A stretch of DNA of 64,000 nt from an uncultured bacterium (GTDB lineage: Bacteria > Actinomycetota > Acidimicrobiia > Spongiisociales > ZC4RG35), in the NCBI GenBank assembly GCA_963753285.1, contig CAVWBT010000003.1, positions 225,039 through 289,038 on the forward strand, read 5' to 3'. The notes under the pieces were generated by a model that had not been told where the DNA came from, ran no database searches, and saw only the letters and a program-made list of their open reading frames with translations. Made by a program: the position numbers and the translations under genes. Numbering within the stretch: the stretch's first letter is position 1; each line of letters begins with the position of its first letter. Below, piece by piece: positions 47,897 to 57,541 of the stretch.

Positions 47897-50152
47897 ATGA
47901 CACAAAACACCGAGCTGGCACCCGAAGAGAACGCACTCCCCGAGGAGCCCACCGACGACACCCCTCCCCCCGTCCATCGCCTGCTCGGTATGACCGACGA
48001 CGAGTACGGGAAGGTCTGCGAGATCCTGGGCCGCGAGCCCCGCTCGGCGGAGCTCGCCATGTACTCGGTCATGTGGTCCGAGCACTGCTCGTACAAGTCG
48101 TCCCGAACCCATCTCGGCCGCTTCCCGACCGAGGCCCCCTGGGTCGTCGTCGGCCCCGGAGAGAACGCCGGCGTCGTGGATCTGGGCGACGGGTGGCTGG
48201 CCGCTCTGCGCATCGAGAGCCACAACCACCCCTCGTTCGTCGAGCCGTATCAGGGCGCGGCGACCGGAGTCGGGGGGATCCTCCGGGATGTCTTCACCAT
48301 GGGCGCCCGACCGATCGCATTGTGGGATCAGATCCGGTTCGGGCCGCTCGACCAGCCCAAGAACCGTTACCTGCTCAACGGCGTGGTCGCCGGCATCGCC
48401 GGGTATGGCAACGCCGTCGGAGTTCCCACGGTTGGCGGCGAGATCGCGTTCGAAGAGTGCTACACGGGAAACCCGCTGGTCAACGTGATGTGCCTCGGGA
48501 TCCTCCGGGAGGACGAGTTGGTGTTGGGGACCGCGGGCGAGCCCGGTTCGATTGCCGTCCTCCTGGGTGCCGCCACCGGTCGGGACGGCATCGGCGGGGC
48601 CTCGGTCCTCGCCTCGGCGAGTTTCGACGTGGAGTCGGGGGCGAAACGCCCGTCCGTCCAGGTGGGAGACCCCTTCGAGGAGAAGAAGCTGATCGAGGCT
48701 TGTCTCGAGCTGTATCGGGAGAAGCTGGTGGTCGGAGTCCAGGACCTGGGAGCGGCCGGGCTGTCGTGCGCGTTCTCGGAGCCGGCCGCCCGGGCGAGCG
48801 CCGGGATGAGCGTCGATCTGAACCGTGTGCACGTGCGCGAGGACGGCATGACGGCACCCGAATTGCTCATGTCCGAGTCACAGGAGCGGATGATGGCCTT
48901 CGTGCATCCCGACAACGTCGACGCGGTGCTCGCCGTGGCCGAGAAGTGGGAGATCGACGCATCCGTCGTCGGCGAGGTGAAAGCCGGCGGCTCACTCGAC
49001 GTGTACCACGACGGCGTGCTCGTCGCCCAGCTGCCCGCCGCCTCGCTGTCCGAGGATGCCCCCAAGTACGACCGGCCGCTCGGCGAGCCGGGATGGATGG
49101 AGGATCTCTGGGCGAACACACTCACCTTCGTCACGCGGCCCGGAATCGCCGACTCGCTGCTCAAGCTGCTCGACGATCCCTCGCTCGCGTCGCCGGCCTG
49201 GGCGTACGAGCAGTACGACCACATGCTGTTCCTGAACACCGTCGTGGGCCCGGGCAACGACGGGTCGCTCTTGCGGATCAAGGGCACGAACAAGGGACTG
49301 GCCGTCTCGACCGACGGCGATGGGCGGCTCTGCTACCTCGACCCGTGGCGAGGCGGCGCCCGGTTGGTGTACGAGGCTGCGCTGAACGTCGCGATGACCG
49401 GTGCAAAGCCGATGGCGGTCGTCGACAACCTGAACTTCGGAAACCCGGAGAAACCCGATGTCATGTGGCAGTTCCGCGAGACCGTCGAGGGCATCTCCGA
49501 GGCGTGCGAGCGCCTGGGAATCCCGGTGGTGGGCGGGAACGTCAGCTTCTACAACGAAACCGACGGGCTCGACATCTATCCGACACCGGTCGTCGGCCTG
49601 CTCGGTCTCGCCGACCCGATGCCCCAGAGCCCGCCGCGCCACGACCGGGTCACCGACGGGATGGAACTCTGGCTCTTCGGACCGGAGTGGGCGATCAACC
49701 TCGCCGGCTCGGCGTTCGAGCGGGTCACGTTCGGTCACGTCGGAGGACGTCCGAGCCCGCCGGACCCCACGATGGCCAAGGCGGCGATCGAGGTCGCGAA
49801 CCGGCTCGCCAACGACGGTCTGAGCCCGGCACTGCACGACATCTCCGACGGCGGCCTGATCATGACCGTGGCAGAGCTGTGCATCGCATCCCAGGTGGGT
49901 GTCACGGCGCGCTACGACGACTGGCGGAGCTTGTTCTGTGAGGACCCCCATCGGTTCGTTGCAGCGGTCCCGACCGAGCACACCGAGGCTGTGGCGGCGA
50001 TCGCCGCCGACGCCGGGCTGCCGGCCTCGCGCATCGGCATCTTCGGGGGCAACGAGATCAGCTTCGAGCGCAAGGGCGCACGCGGCGCCGTGGACCTGGA
50101 GATCGCCACCGAGACGTACCGCAACGCCATCCCCCGCCGCCTCGCACACTGA
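47897..50152 (+). CDS. purL: Phosphoribosylformylglycinamidine synthase subunit PurL
   Basis: 751-aa small-type PurL with duplicated AIR-synthase-related domains ([17 protein letters not shown]; GGNVSFYNE). Confidence 0.95.
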   Translation: MTQNTELAPEENALPEEPTDDTPPPVHRLLGMTDDEYGKVCEILGREPRSAELAMYSVMWSEHCSYKSSRTHLGRFPTEAPWVVVGPGENAGVVDLGDGWLAALRIESHNHPSFVEPYQGAATGVGGILRDVFTMGARPIALWDQIRFGPLDQPKNRYLLNGVVAGIAGYGNAVGVPTVGGEIAFEECYTGNPLVNVMCLGILREDELVLGTAGEPGSIAVLLGAATGRDGIGGASVLASASFDVESGAKRPSVQVGDPFEEKKLIEACLELYREKLVVGVQDLGAAGLSCAFSEPAARASAGMSVDLNRVHVREDGMTAPELLMSESQERMMAFVHPDNVDAVLAVAEKWEIDASVVGEVKAGGSLDVYHDGVLVAQLPAASLSEDAPKYDRPLGEPGWMEDLWANTLTFVTRPGIADSLLKLLDDPSLASPAWAYEQYDHMLFLNTVVGPGNDGSLLRIKGTNKGLAVSTDGDGRLCYLDPWRGGARLVYEAALNVAMTGAKPMAVVDNLNFGNPEKPDVMWQFRETVEGISEACERLGIPVVGGNVSFYNETDGLDIYPTPVVGLLGLADPMPQSPPRHDRVTDGMELWLFGPEWAINLAGSAFERVTFGHVGGRPSPPDPTMAKAAIEVANRLANDGLSPALHDISDGGLIMTVAELCIASQVGVTARYDDWRSLFCEDPHRFVAAVPTEHTEAVAAIAADAGLPASRIGIFGGNEISFERKGARGAVDLEIATETYRNAIPRRLAH

Positions 50153-50209
50153 TCTGCGCCGGGGCGCCATCTGCGAGGCACCGGACGGCTGATCGGGATG
50201 GGCGATCTC

Positions 50210-52900
50210 AGGCGGTCTCGGCTCTCTTCCACCATCGGACGGTGCCGAAACCGACGACGAGGGCCACGGCAGGCACGGTGAGGATCTGAAGGAGAGAGAC
50301 GGGTGGAGTCCCCGGCGCCCCCCGGCACGGCCATCTGGGGGCGCGGGTCGCGGAGGACGACGCCGAGCGTGCCGTTCGAACAGCACTGGACCTGGTCGAA
50401 GCGATGATGAGCTGAGAGAGATCGCGTCCCCGACCTGGAGCTGCGGGCCGGGTGTCGTCGGAGAGACCAGCGTCGGGTCTGGCGGCAACACGACGGGGCT
50501 CGGGATCGGCGACATCGTGAACACCGCCTCTCGTCTGCAGTCCATCGCCCGCCCGGGCACCGTCTACGTCGGCGAGCCCACTCGTGCCCTGGCGGACTCG
50601 GCGATTCGCTTCGAGTCGGTCGAGCCTCATGATCTGAAGGGCAAGGCGGAGCCGGTCACGGTTGGAGACGGCCACGACTTCGACGACCCGTGGGGCAGGG
50701 CGCACGAGACGCGCGAAGCGCCTTCGTCGGCCGCGAGCCGAACTCCGCTTCGAACGACCACCTCGAACCGACGGCGCACCGCGGCTCGCCTCGTTTCGAT
50801 CGTCGGTGAAGGTGCATCGGGAAATCACGTCCCGCCTGGGAGCTGCGACAGTACGTCGACGACCTGACCGAGACCTTCGACTGGCACCAGGGACGTTCCC
50901 CCGCGTACGGTGACGGCGTGACCCTGTGGTCGTTGGGCGAGATGGTCCGCCAGCGGGCGCGGATCGCCGAGACCGACGACGCACTCAAGTCCCGAACCAA
51001 GTCCAGACCCTCGTCGCCGAGTACTTCCCCGATCCCGACGACCATCGATGGGTCGTCCCTCGGCTTGCTGGTCTCCTCGGTCTCAGCGAGATGCCGGATG
51101 GAGACCGGGCCGATCTCTTCGGAGCAATTCGCACGCTCTTCCAGCGGATCAGCGAACGAGGCACGACCGTGCTGGTACTCGAAGACCTCCATTCGGCCGA
51201 CGAAGGTCTCCTGGACTTCATCGTCGAGTGGTCGAGCGATCACCGCGCCATCGATCTTCGTGGTGACGCTCGCGGTCTTCACTGATGGACCGTGCGCCGG
51301 GGTGGAGCACTGCGCGCCGGGTTGACGTCCGCCCACCTCGGTCCCTCTCGGAGGCCGACTGCGAGCGCTCGTCGAGGGGATGGCTCGGGCATCAGCCGGA
51401 CACCGTCGACCTCGTCGGTTCGGCGGCGGGCTTTCCGCTGTACGCCATCGAGTACGTCCGGATGCTGGTCGCCGGCGGCGACCTCGTTCGGGCCGGCGAT
51501 CGGTACCGACAGGTCGGCACGTCGAGGCTGGCGCAGCCGGACATCCGGCACGATGGTCGTCGCCCGGCTCGACCGACTCCCCTCCCTCGAGAAGAGCGTG
51601 ATCCAGGACGCCGCCGTGCTCGGGCAGTCCTTCACCTTCGAAGGGCTGGCGGAGTCCTCCGACCGGCCGGAAGGCGACCTCCGGCCGGTGCTCGACCGGC
51701 TCGTGCGAGACGAGGTGCTACGCCTCGAACAAGACCCACGCTCGCCCTAGCGCGGCCAATACCAGTTCGTCCAGTCCATGATCCGGGAGGTCGCATACGG
51801 TCGCCGTCAAGGCCGATCGCAGGCAACGGCATCTCGACGTGGCGCGTCAGTTCCAACACCGAGACACCACCGAGTTCGCAGCAATCGTCGCCAGCCACTA
51901 CCTCAGCGCGATCGAAGCGGGTGCGGGCTCCGAGATCGCCGCTGAAGCGCGGCGTGCCCTGCTGGACGCTGCCCGACGGGCGGCCGGTCTCCACTCGCAC
52001 AAGCAGACGCTGACGCTGGTCGAGCAGGCGCTCGAGATGCCTGGCGAGGACCGCGATACGATGCACCTCTGGAGTTGGGAGCCAGCGCAGCCAGCTCGCT
52101 CATGGCCCACGACGTCGCCCTCTCGATGGCAACGAGATCCTCCGAGTGGGCAGAGGCACATGGCGACACAGCGGATCGCACCCGCGCGGCCACTGCATTC
52201 GGCAGAGCGTTGATGACAGCCGAGCAGCCGGCCGACGCTGCGGCGACCATGGATCCTCACCTCGCGCCTGGGCCAGACCCGGGACCAGAGCAGTTGCGGC
52301 TCGGGGCTGAACTCGCCCGAGCGAACCTGCTGGGAGGAGCCGAGCACCGCGCCGCCGAAGTCGCCCGTGACACGTTGATCGCCGCCGAGGCGGCCAGGAA
52401 CGCAGCGATCGTGGTGGAGGCGATGACACGCGTGGCACGGCACTGCGATACGTGGGCAGGGCCCACGAGGCGATCGCACTCCTGCGGAGGCAGTTCGACT
52501 CGTCGCCGAGCTCGGCTCCCCGACTGCGGAGGCGAGGGCGCTCAACAACTACATCGTCACCAATGCGAGGAACGGTCTCCAGGCGAACCGGGACCTCCTC
52601 GAGCGGTTCGACGCCGTCGCCGAACGAACCGGGGCCCTCAACCTCATCGTCCGATCAGCCGGCCGACTCGGCGACTGGCTGGCGGCGAACGGCGAGTTCG
52701 AAGCCGCCCAGGATGTGCTCGCAGGGTCGATCTGGATCCGAACGGGCGGTGGGGAGGTCCTCCGCTCGGAGTCGCTGGCGGCGATGGGCCCTCAGCCAGC
52801 CGGATCTTGGCACGTGGCCTTCGACCTGGTCTCGGGGTCGTACGGAAGCGGTGAACCTCGGTGGAGGCGTACACCGCCGGATCCAGGCGACGATGCGTTC
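50210..52900 (+). pseudogene. Multiply frameshifted remnant of an adenylate/guanylate-cyclase - AAA ATPase - TPR (LuxR-associated) regulator gene
   Basis: Class-III cyclase fragments (DAERAVRTALDLVEAM; GIGDIVNTASRLQS) and AAA-ATPase fragments (TTVLVLEDLHSADEGLLDF; SIFVVTLAVF; FPLYAIEYVRML; LPSLEKSVIQDAAVLGQSF). TPR-like helices lie in at least six successive frames between 50290 and 52850. Boundaries are approximate. Confidence 0.55.
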
Positions 52901-52982
52901 CTCGCGATCGCCCCAGGCGAGGCGCTCGAGAAGGCGCTCGAAGCACCCGTCGAGTCCAGGCTCGCCTTCTCCGACGCCTGGG

Positions 52983-53246
52983 TCATCCCGATCCTGGCGT
53001 CGATAGGCTGGGAGACCAATCCATGCTCGAGGCGTCGTGGGATCCTTCGCAGGTGCCGATCGGGAAGTGGTTCGAGGTCTTCGACACGATGTTCCCAGCG
53101 GCCGGCCGGCTTCGAGGGCCGCTTGGAGGAGTCGGCTGCCCAGTTCCTCCGGCGATCTCCTCGACCGTCACGTCATCGAACCCTCGCTCGGTGAAGAGCC
53201 GGAGCGCCTCCTGCTCGAGCCGCCGGCGTGTCTCGGTCGCCGCCAT
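52983..53246 (-). pseudogene. TetR-family regulator remnant (intact HTH start, disrupted after helix 2)
   Basis: MAATETRRRLEQEALRLFTERGFDDVTVEEIA then a 16-aa insertion before AAGNIVSKTSNHFP (corresponding to AAGVSKGTLYHHFP); no recognisable C-terminal domain. Confidence 0.45.
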
Positions 53247-53247
53247 A

Positions 53248-53276
53248 CCAGTGATGTTAGTCACTAACATCACTGG
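53248..53276. promoter_or_regulatory. Perfect 14-1-14 palindrome CCAGTGATGTTAGT-C-ACTAACATCACTGG (AT-rich), 1 nt upstream of the TetR-remnant ATG, 130 nt upstream of the divergent pfkA
   Basis: Read directly; the size and dyad symmetry are typical of TetR-type operators. Confidence 0.5.
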
Positions 53277-53407
53277 TCTGCACGGAGGGCTCCCACACTC
53301 CCCTCGCCGGCGGCGCATCGCGAATCGGGCGGGCGACTCATCGGTGGACGTGGCGCGCAGACGACTCGTTGCTCCGGGTCCGCTCCCAGCGCCTAGCCTG
53401 ATCGGTC

Positions 53408-54532
53408 ATGTCACAGACGATCGGAATCCTCACTGCCGGCGGAGACTCGCCTGGACTCAACGCCGCAATCCGCGCAGTCGGCAAGGCCGCCCAGCGCCAC
53501 TACGGCATGCACGTCATCGGATTCAAGGACGGCTTCACAGGCCTCATCCAGAACCGCCACATCCGGCTCGACGGCGACTCCCTCTCAGGCATCCTCTCGC
53601 GGGGCGGGACCATCCTCGGCACCAGCCGCATCAAAGTCCACAAAGTCGACGTCGGCAACGGCCAGAAGATCGACATGCGTCCAATGATCCAGCGAGTGGT
53701 CGAGGAACATGATCTCGCAGCTGTGGTCTGTCTCGGCGGTGGCGGGACCATGAAGAACGCCCATCGGCTCCACAAGGTCGGCGTGCCGGTCGTGACGCTC
53801 CCCAAGACGATCGACAACGACGTCTGGGGGACGGACACCACCTTCGGATACGACACCGCCATGAGCATCGCAACCGATGCGATCGATCGGCTGCACTCGA
53901 CCGCCCACTCGCATCACCGGATCATGATCGCCGAAGTCATGGGGCACAACACCGGCTGGCTCACCCTCGGCGCCGGGCTCGCCGGAGGCGCCGACGCCAT
54001 TCTCCTGCCTGAGGTCCCGTTCAAGGTTCAGACGGTTGCAGACTCGATCCTCCAGAGGAAGGCCGGTGGCTCGAACTTCTCGATCGTTGCGGTCGCCGAA
54101 GGTGCGATGTCGGCCGCAGACCGAACTCGCCACGACGAGATCCGCAGGCAGATCGACGAGCTCGACGACGACGACGATGACTCCGAGCTGCGCGCCGAGC
54201 TCGAAGATTTCCACGCCGGCCGCAAGCACTCCACAGAGCGACTCGCCGAACAGCTCGAAGAATTGACCGGACTGGAGGCCCGGGTCACGATCCTCGGCCA
54301 CGTGCAACGGGGCGGCTCGCCGTCCACGGCGGATCGTCTGCTCGCCACCCAGCTGGGCACCGCTGCTGCCGACGCCATCGCCGAGGGCACGACCGGCGTG
54401 ATGATCGCTGCTCGGAACGGAGAGGCGGTCCGCGTGCCGCTCGCGGAGATCGCCGGAAACCGGAAGTCGGTCCCGCTCGACCACCCGTGGATCGAGTCGG
54501 CCCGGCGCCTCGGCATCTGCATCGGCGACTGA
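53408..54532 (+). CDS. pfkA: ATP-dependent 6-phosphofructokinase with an acidic approximately 35-aa insertion
   Basis: [35 protein letters not shown]; insertion [23 protein letters not shown]; TAGCCT hexamer 8 nt upstream of the ATG. Confidence 0.9.
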   Translation: MSQTIGILTAGGDSPGLNAAIRAVGKAAQRHYGMHVIGFKDGFTGLIQNRHIRLDGDSLSGILSRGGTILGTSRIKVHKVDVGNGQKIDMRPMIQRVVEEHDLAAVVCLGGGGTMKNAHRLHKVGVPVVTLPKTIDNDVWGTDTTFGYDTAMSIATDAIDRLHSTAHSHHRIMIAEVMGHNTGWLTLGAGLAGGADAILLPEVPFKVQTVADSILQRKAGGSNFSIVAVAEGAMSAADRTRHDEIRRQIDELDDDDDDSELRAELEDFHAGRKHSTERLAEQLEELTGLEARVTILGHVQRGGSPSTADRLLATQLGTAAADAIAEGTTGVMIAARNGEAVRVPLAEIAGNRKSVPLDHPWIESARRLGICIGD

Positions 54533-54666
54533 CAGTTGGCCTTTGGCTCTTGGCTGCGGGCATCGCATCGACGCCAGGGGCCTCAGGTCGCTTCCAGATC
54601 GAACCCTCCGACAGGGACGCAGAGATGGGGCGCTGTCGTGTCAGCTGAATGGCGGATGGCCACTGG

Positions 54667-55908
54667 CTAGTCGGTCTCGTACTTGTCCCGATAGAGCTGA
54701 TCGGCGGAGCCGACCCAATCGTCTCGTTCGATCCGGCCGGGGAAGGCATCGAGAGCGAGTGTGACGGTCGCGATGTCCTCGGGCGTGAGGTTCGCCACCT
54801 GGAGGAACGAGGTGATCCCCATGCTCTTGAGGAGCTTCTCGATCTTCGGGCCGACACCGTGGATCTTCTTGAGATCGTCGTTCGTGACGTCCCGACCCCC
54901 TGCGGTTCGGGTCGCGATCTCCTTCACCTTCTCCACAGCCACATCCCGTTCGGCTACGGGTTCGACGTTCGATGCAGGAGCCGGCTCGGGGGCAGGAGCC
55001 GGCTCCGCGGCAGGTCCCGGCTCGGGGGCCTCCGGTTCGCCCTGAGCCGCCACCTCTTCCTCCTCCGACCCGGACTCTTCGGGTTCCGCCGCCGGGGTCT
55101 CCTCGGTGACGATGGCGACGTGTTCGACCGGCTCGGACACTGCGACGTCCTCCGGCTCGACCGCACTGGAACCGCGCTCGTCCGACACGACCGACGACGC
55201 GGCGAGCTGCTCGCGCAGGGCGGCCAGCTCCTCGGACTGTCGAGTGATGGTCGATTCGAGTCCGGCGATCGTCGATTCCGATGCGTCGAGTTGGTGCTGG
55301 AGATCGAGTGCTCCCGCTGCCCCGTCTCGCAGCGTGTTGATGGTGTCAATCGCCGCTTCGAGCTCGACCGTTGCCCGGTCCGTCACCTTCTTCGCCTCGG
55401 CGGCACGGAGCCTTGCGTCTTCCTTCGCCCGCTCCGCCTCGACCAGGCGATCTTGGGCAGAGGTCAGCCTGTCTCGCAGGTCGTCGACGGTGCCGAGCTG
55501 GAGACGGAGATCCCCGGCCTCCTTGAGGGCGGCGTCGAGCTGACGCTGGCGATCGCCCAGCTCCGCGCTCAGACGATCGGCGTCTTCGGCACGCTTCCGG
55601 ATGTCGGCCACCGAGACGTCGAGCTCGCTCTTCTCGCCCTTCAGGTTGTCGAACCGGCCCTTCAGTTTCTCGAGCTGCTTCTGGAGGTCCTTGCGCTCGT
55701 CCTTGACCTCACGGATCTGCACGCGCAACGGTTCGAGCTGCGCCTCGGCCTCGTCGGCACGACGGCGTTGGGTGTTGATCTGATCGTCGGTGTGACGGAG
55801 TCGTCGAGCAAAGTCGTCGTTGAGCCGCTTCGACCCGACTCGATCCCACACGAACCAGCCGATCCCGATCCCGACAACCAGTCCGACGATGAACAGCACG
55901 ACTTCCAC
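54667..55908 (-). CDS. Membrane-anchored coiled-coil protein with a Pro/Glu-rich linker and a C-terminal helix-hairpin-helix-like domain
   Basis: N-terminal TM (VVLFIVGLVVGIGIGWFVW), approximately 230-aa heptad-rich segment, PAPEPAPA linker, C-terminal KKIHGVGPKIEKLLKSMGITSFLQVANLTPEDIA. Confidence 0.65.
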   Translation of the reverse strand: MEVVLFIVGLVVGIGIGWFVWDRVGSKRLNDDFARRLRHTDDQINTQRRRADEAEAQLEPLRVQIREVKDERKDLQKQLEKLKGRFDNLKGEKSELDVSVADIRKRAEDADRLSAELGDRQRQLDAALKEAGDLRLQLGTVDDLRDRLTSAQDRLVEAERAKEDARLRAAEAKKVTDRATVELEAAIDTINTLRDGAAGALDLQHQLDASESTIAGLESTITRQSEELAALREQLAASSVVSDERGSSAVEPEDVAVSEPVEHVAIVTEETPAAEPEESGSEEEEVAAQGEPEAPEPGPAAEPAPAPEPAPASNVEPVAERDVAVEKVKEIATRTAGGRDVTNDDLKKIHGVGPKIEKLLKSMGITSFLQVANLTPEDIATVTLALDAFPGRIERDDWVGSADQLYRDKYETD

Positions 55909-56049
55909 TTGACAGTCCTCCCGCAGGCAATCCGAGCGCGTCTTCTGCGATCCCCCGCCCGTAGACGAGTCGAAAGGGACTGTAGGCGGTCGACTCGGGC
56001 TTCGTGTAGGCGATGTGACACCACTTCACCGACGTCATACCCTGCGGCC

Positions 56050-57501
56050 GTGACCAGCAGACCGGTGGCGGCGCCCACCAGTGTCCTCTCCAGAGAGCTC
56101 CTTCCCGCCTCGACCGCGATCTTCTTGACGGTGGCGCTCGCCGCGTTCGAAGGACTGGCGGTCGCGGCGGCACTGCCGGAGGTCGCTGCCGACCTGGGAT
56201 CGGTCGCGCTGCTGCCGTGGGTGATCACGTCGTTCCTCCTCACGTCCGGGGTCGCGACCATCGTGTCGGGTCGGCTGATCGACACGATCGGCGTGAGAAC
56301 GATGTTCCGGGTCGCCGTGATCGTGTTCGCAGGCGCCGGGGTTCTGGCGGCGTTCTCACCGTCGATGGAGGTCATGATCGCGCTCCGAGCGGTGCAGGGA
56401 GCCGGGTCCGGCATGGTGATCGCCGTCGGATTGGCCGCCGTCTCGTTGATCTTTCCACCGCATCTCACGGGGAGGGCGTTCGCCGCCAACTCGACGGTGT
56501 GGGGGGTGATGGGCGTGGCCAGCCCTGCCATCGCGGCCGTGATGCTGACCCAGCTCGATTGGCGGTGGATCTTCCTGATCAATCTGCCGCTCGGCGTGAT
56601 CTCACTGGCCGCCGGCTGGAGAGTGATGCCGCAGAGTCAGGAGCGTTCCGAACACAAACCGATGGACTACGTCGGGACCGGGCTGGCGTTGGTCTTCTCC
56701 GGGGCGGTGCTGTTCGCCGTCAACGACCTCGAGTGGTTCTCGCTCGTGTGGCTGGTGGTCGCGATCACCTCGGCCTTCGCGTTCTATCGGAGAGCCGGAT
56801 CTCGTGAAGCCCCGCTGGTCGAACGGCGGTATCTCTCACACGCACCGTTCGCTCCGCTGGCGTTCGCAATCTCCCTGCTCATCACCGGAGCGATCGCTCC
56901 GAATGCATTCGTTCCGCTGTATGTGAGTGCCGGGCGGCTGGCGTCGGAAGCGACGACGGCATGGTCGGTCCTGTTCTTCACCGTCGGCTGGACGGCCGGC
57001 GCCAACGTGTCGTCGCGGCTGCTCGACACCCGAACCCAGCTCACTGTGATCCGGTACGGGTTCGCAAGCACCATCCCCTCGCTCGTCATCACGGCGATTG
57101 CAGGCGCGCTCTCGTCGACGATCGGTGTTCTCTTCGCTGCGTTGTTCGGTGTCGGCGTCGGTGTCGGCCTCGCGACGAATGCCTCGTTGACGCTGCTGCG
57201 CGATGTCAGCGCACCGCAGGAGATCGGGCGGTCGACGGCAGCCCACCAGTTCTTCCGCAATCAGGGGTTCGCGTTCGGATCGGCGATCGGCGGCGCAGCA
57301 CTCTTCGCCGTCGTCGCCTCGGCCGTCGGCGACCCCGAGCTGGTGAGGAACGTGCTTGCCGGCGACTCGGTGTCCGTTGCCGGCGAGGTCAGTGCGGCGG
57401 TCGAAACCGGGTTCGCTCTGTCGGCGGCGATCGGTGCCGGGATCTCGGCGCTCGGGCTCATCGCATTGAAGCGAGTCGAAGCGAGCACCGAGGCGCAGTG
57501 A
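56050..57501 (+). CDS. MFS transporter (12-14 TM)
   Basis: Hydrophobic repeats with MFS motif region (GRLIDTIGVRTMF); GTG start at 56050 is a guess within a 950-aa artefactual ORF. Confidence 0.78.
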   Translation: MTSRPVAAPTSVLSRELLPASTAIFLTVALAAFEGLAVAAALPEVAADLGSVALLPWVITSFLLTSGVATIVSGRLIDTIGVRTMFRVAVIVFAGAGVLAAFSPSMEVMIALRAVQGAGSGMVIAVGLAAVSLIFPPHLTGRAFAANSTVWGVMGVASPAIAAVMLTQLDWRWIFLINLPLGVISLAAGWRVMPQSQERSEHKPMDYVGTGLALVFSGAVLFAVNDLEWFSLVWLVVAITSAFAFYRRAGSREAPLVERRYLSHAPFAPLAFAISLLITGAIAPNAFVPLYVSAGRLASEATTAWSVLFFTVGWTAGANVSSRLLDTRTQLTVIRYGFASTIPSLVITAIAGALSSTIGVLFAALFGVGVGVGLATNASLTLLRDVSAPQEIGRSTAAHQFFRNQGFAFGSAIGGAALFAVVASAVGDPELVRNVLAGDSVSVAGEVSAAVETGFALSAAIGAGISALGLIALKRVEASTEAQ

Positions 57502-57541
57502 TGCGGCCAATCATGCTGCGCGCCCTATCCTGATCGGGGTT

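Noticed and set aside
50208-50984. 258-aa minus-strand ORF inside the degraded cyclase region
   Set aside because: Arg/Ser/Pro-rich low-complexity translation, with no domain features. The plus strand carries recognisable cyclase/ATPase fragments.
54649-57501. 950-aa plus-strand ORF
   Set aside because: Its first approximately 1400 nt are the antisense of the coiled-coil gene and of the divergent promoter region. Only the last approximately 483 codons (from GTG 56050) have MFS-transporter character.
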